The translations under genes were made by a program, and so were the position numbers. A stretch of DNA of 64,000 nt. Origin: Mobula hypostoma (Eukaryota). A model generated the notes under the pieces. It ran no database searches, was not told where the DNA came from, and saw only the letters and a list, made by a program, of their open reading frames with translations. The stretch is taken from positions 25,174,001 to 25,238,000 of the forward strand of contig NC_086118.1 of NCBI RefSeq assembly GCF_963921235.1, in the 5' to 3' direction. This document shows, one piece after another, positions 63,300 to 64,000 of the stretch; position 1 is the first letter of the stretch, and each line of letters starts with the position of its first letter.

Positions 63300-64000
63300 A
63301 CATAGAACATAAACCAGTCCAGCACATTAAAGTCTCTTCAGCCCATGATGCTGTGCCAAACATTTAACCTACTCCACAGTTAATCTGCCCCTTCCCTCCC
63401 ACGTAGCGTCCCATTTTTCTTTCATCTATGTGCCTACGTGTCATTTAGGCTCCATGTCATTTAGAGTCCCTCTTCCACCATCCCTAGCAAAACATTCCAT
63501 TCTCCCCCCACTATCAGTAAAAAACATTCCTGACATTCCCTCTATATTTTCCTCCAATCAATTTAAAAGTAATCCACTCATGTTGGCCACTGCAACCCAG
63601 GGAAAAAGTCACTGTCTGTGTCTCTTATCATCTTGTACACTTATATCAAGTCACCTCTTATTTTCCTTCTGTCCAAAGGGAAAGGCCTGGCTCGCTCAAC
63701 CTATCCTCATAAGATATGCTCGCTAATCCATGTAGCATCCATGTAAGTATCCTCTGGGCCCTCGCTAAAGCTTCTACAACCTTCCTATAATGAGGCAACT
63801 AGAACTGAACACAATACTCTGCGAGTGGTCTAATCGGAGTTTTATAGAGCTGCGATATAACCTCACGACTCTTGCATTCAATCCTCTGACTAATGAAGGC
63901 CAACACACCATATGCCTTCTTAACCACCCTGTCAACATGGGCAGCAGCTTTAAGTGATCTATGGACATGAACCCCAAGATCCCTCTATTCCTCCACGCTG
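63300..64000 (-). mobile_element. CR1 3' portion, running off the window end
   Basis: catagaacata tail at the left; the minus strand shows CR1 ORF2 C-terminal remnants. Confidence 0.8.

Overview
Vertebrate genomic DNA. The repeat content (HE1/V-SINE-like SINEs, CR1 LINEs with (TTTCTATG)n tails, Rex1/Babar, Penelope) points to a cartilaginous fish, probably a ray; this is an inference. The window holds the 3' half of ARHGAP44 (RICH2) on the + strand. Core exons: 2721-2812, 8076-8256, 16548-16769, 23753-23898, 28935-29276 and a terminal exon at 38650-38801 ending ...ESESTVL*. All splice phases join in frame. The ORF track misses several small exons: an 18-nt microexon (11824-11841, LRKIQS), a candidate 51-nt cassette exon (10670-10720) adding an Akt/14-3-3-type motif RSRSASCP, and a stop-containing exon (34239-34289) that switches the C-terminal PDZ ligand to STAV*. 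There is also a 447-nt cassette exon (23036-23482). The rest is mostly transposon debris. Notable pieces: Penelope-like elements with minimal hammerhead ribozyme motifs, either as 100-140 bp solo inserts with TSDs or as inverted two-arm insertions (one 2.3-kb copy bounded by a 15-bp TSD); a non-autonomous Helitron with canonical ends, sitting inside a CR1 and itself interrupted by Rex1; a HERO/R2-type 3' fragment; and Tc1 and hAT MITEs. I found no wholly new system. The best leads are the unannotated-looking ARHGAP44 cassette exons and the ribozyme-bearing Penelope derivatives. Repeat boundaries were read by eye and are approximate unless a TSD or TIR is quoted.
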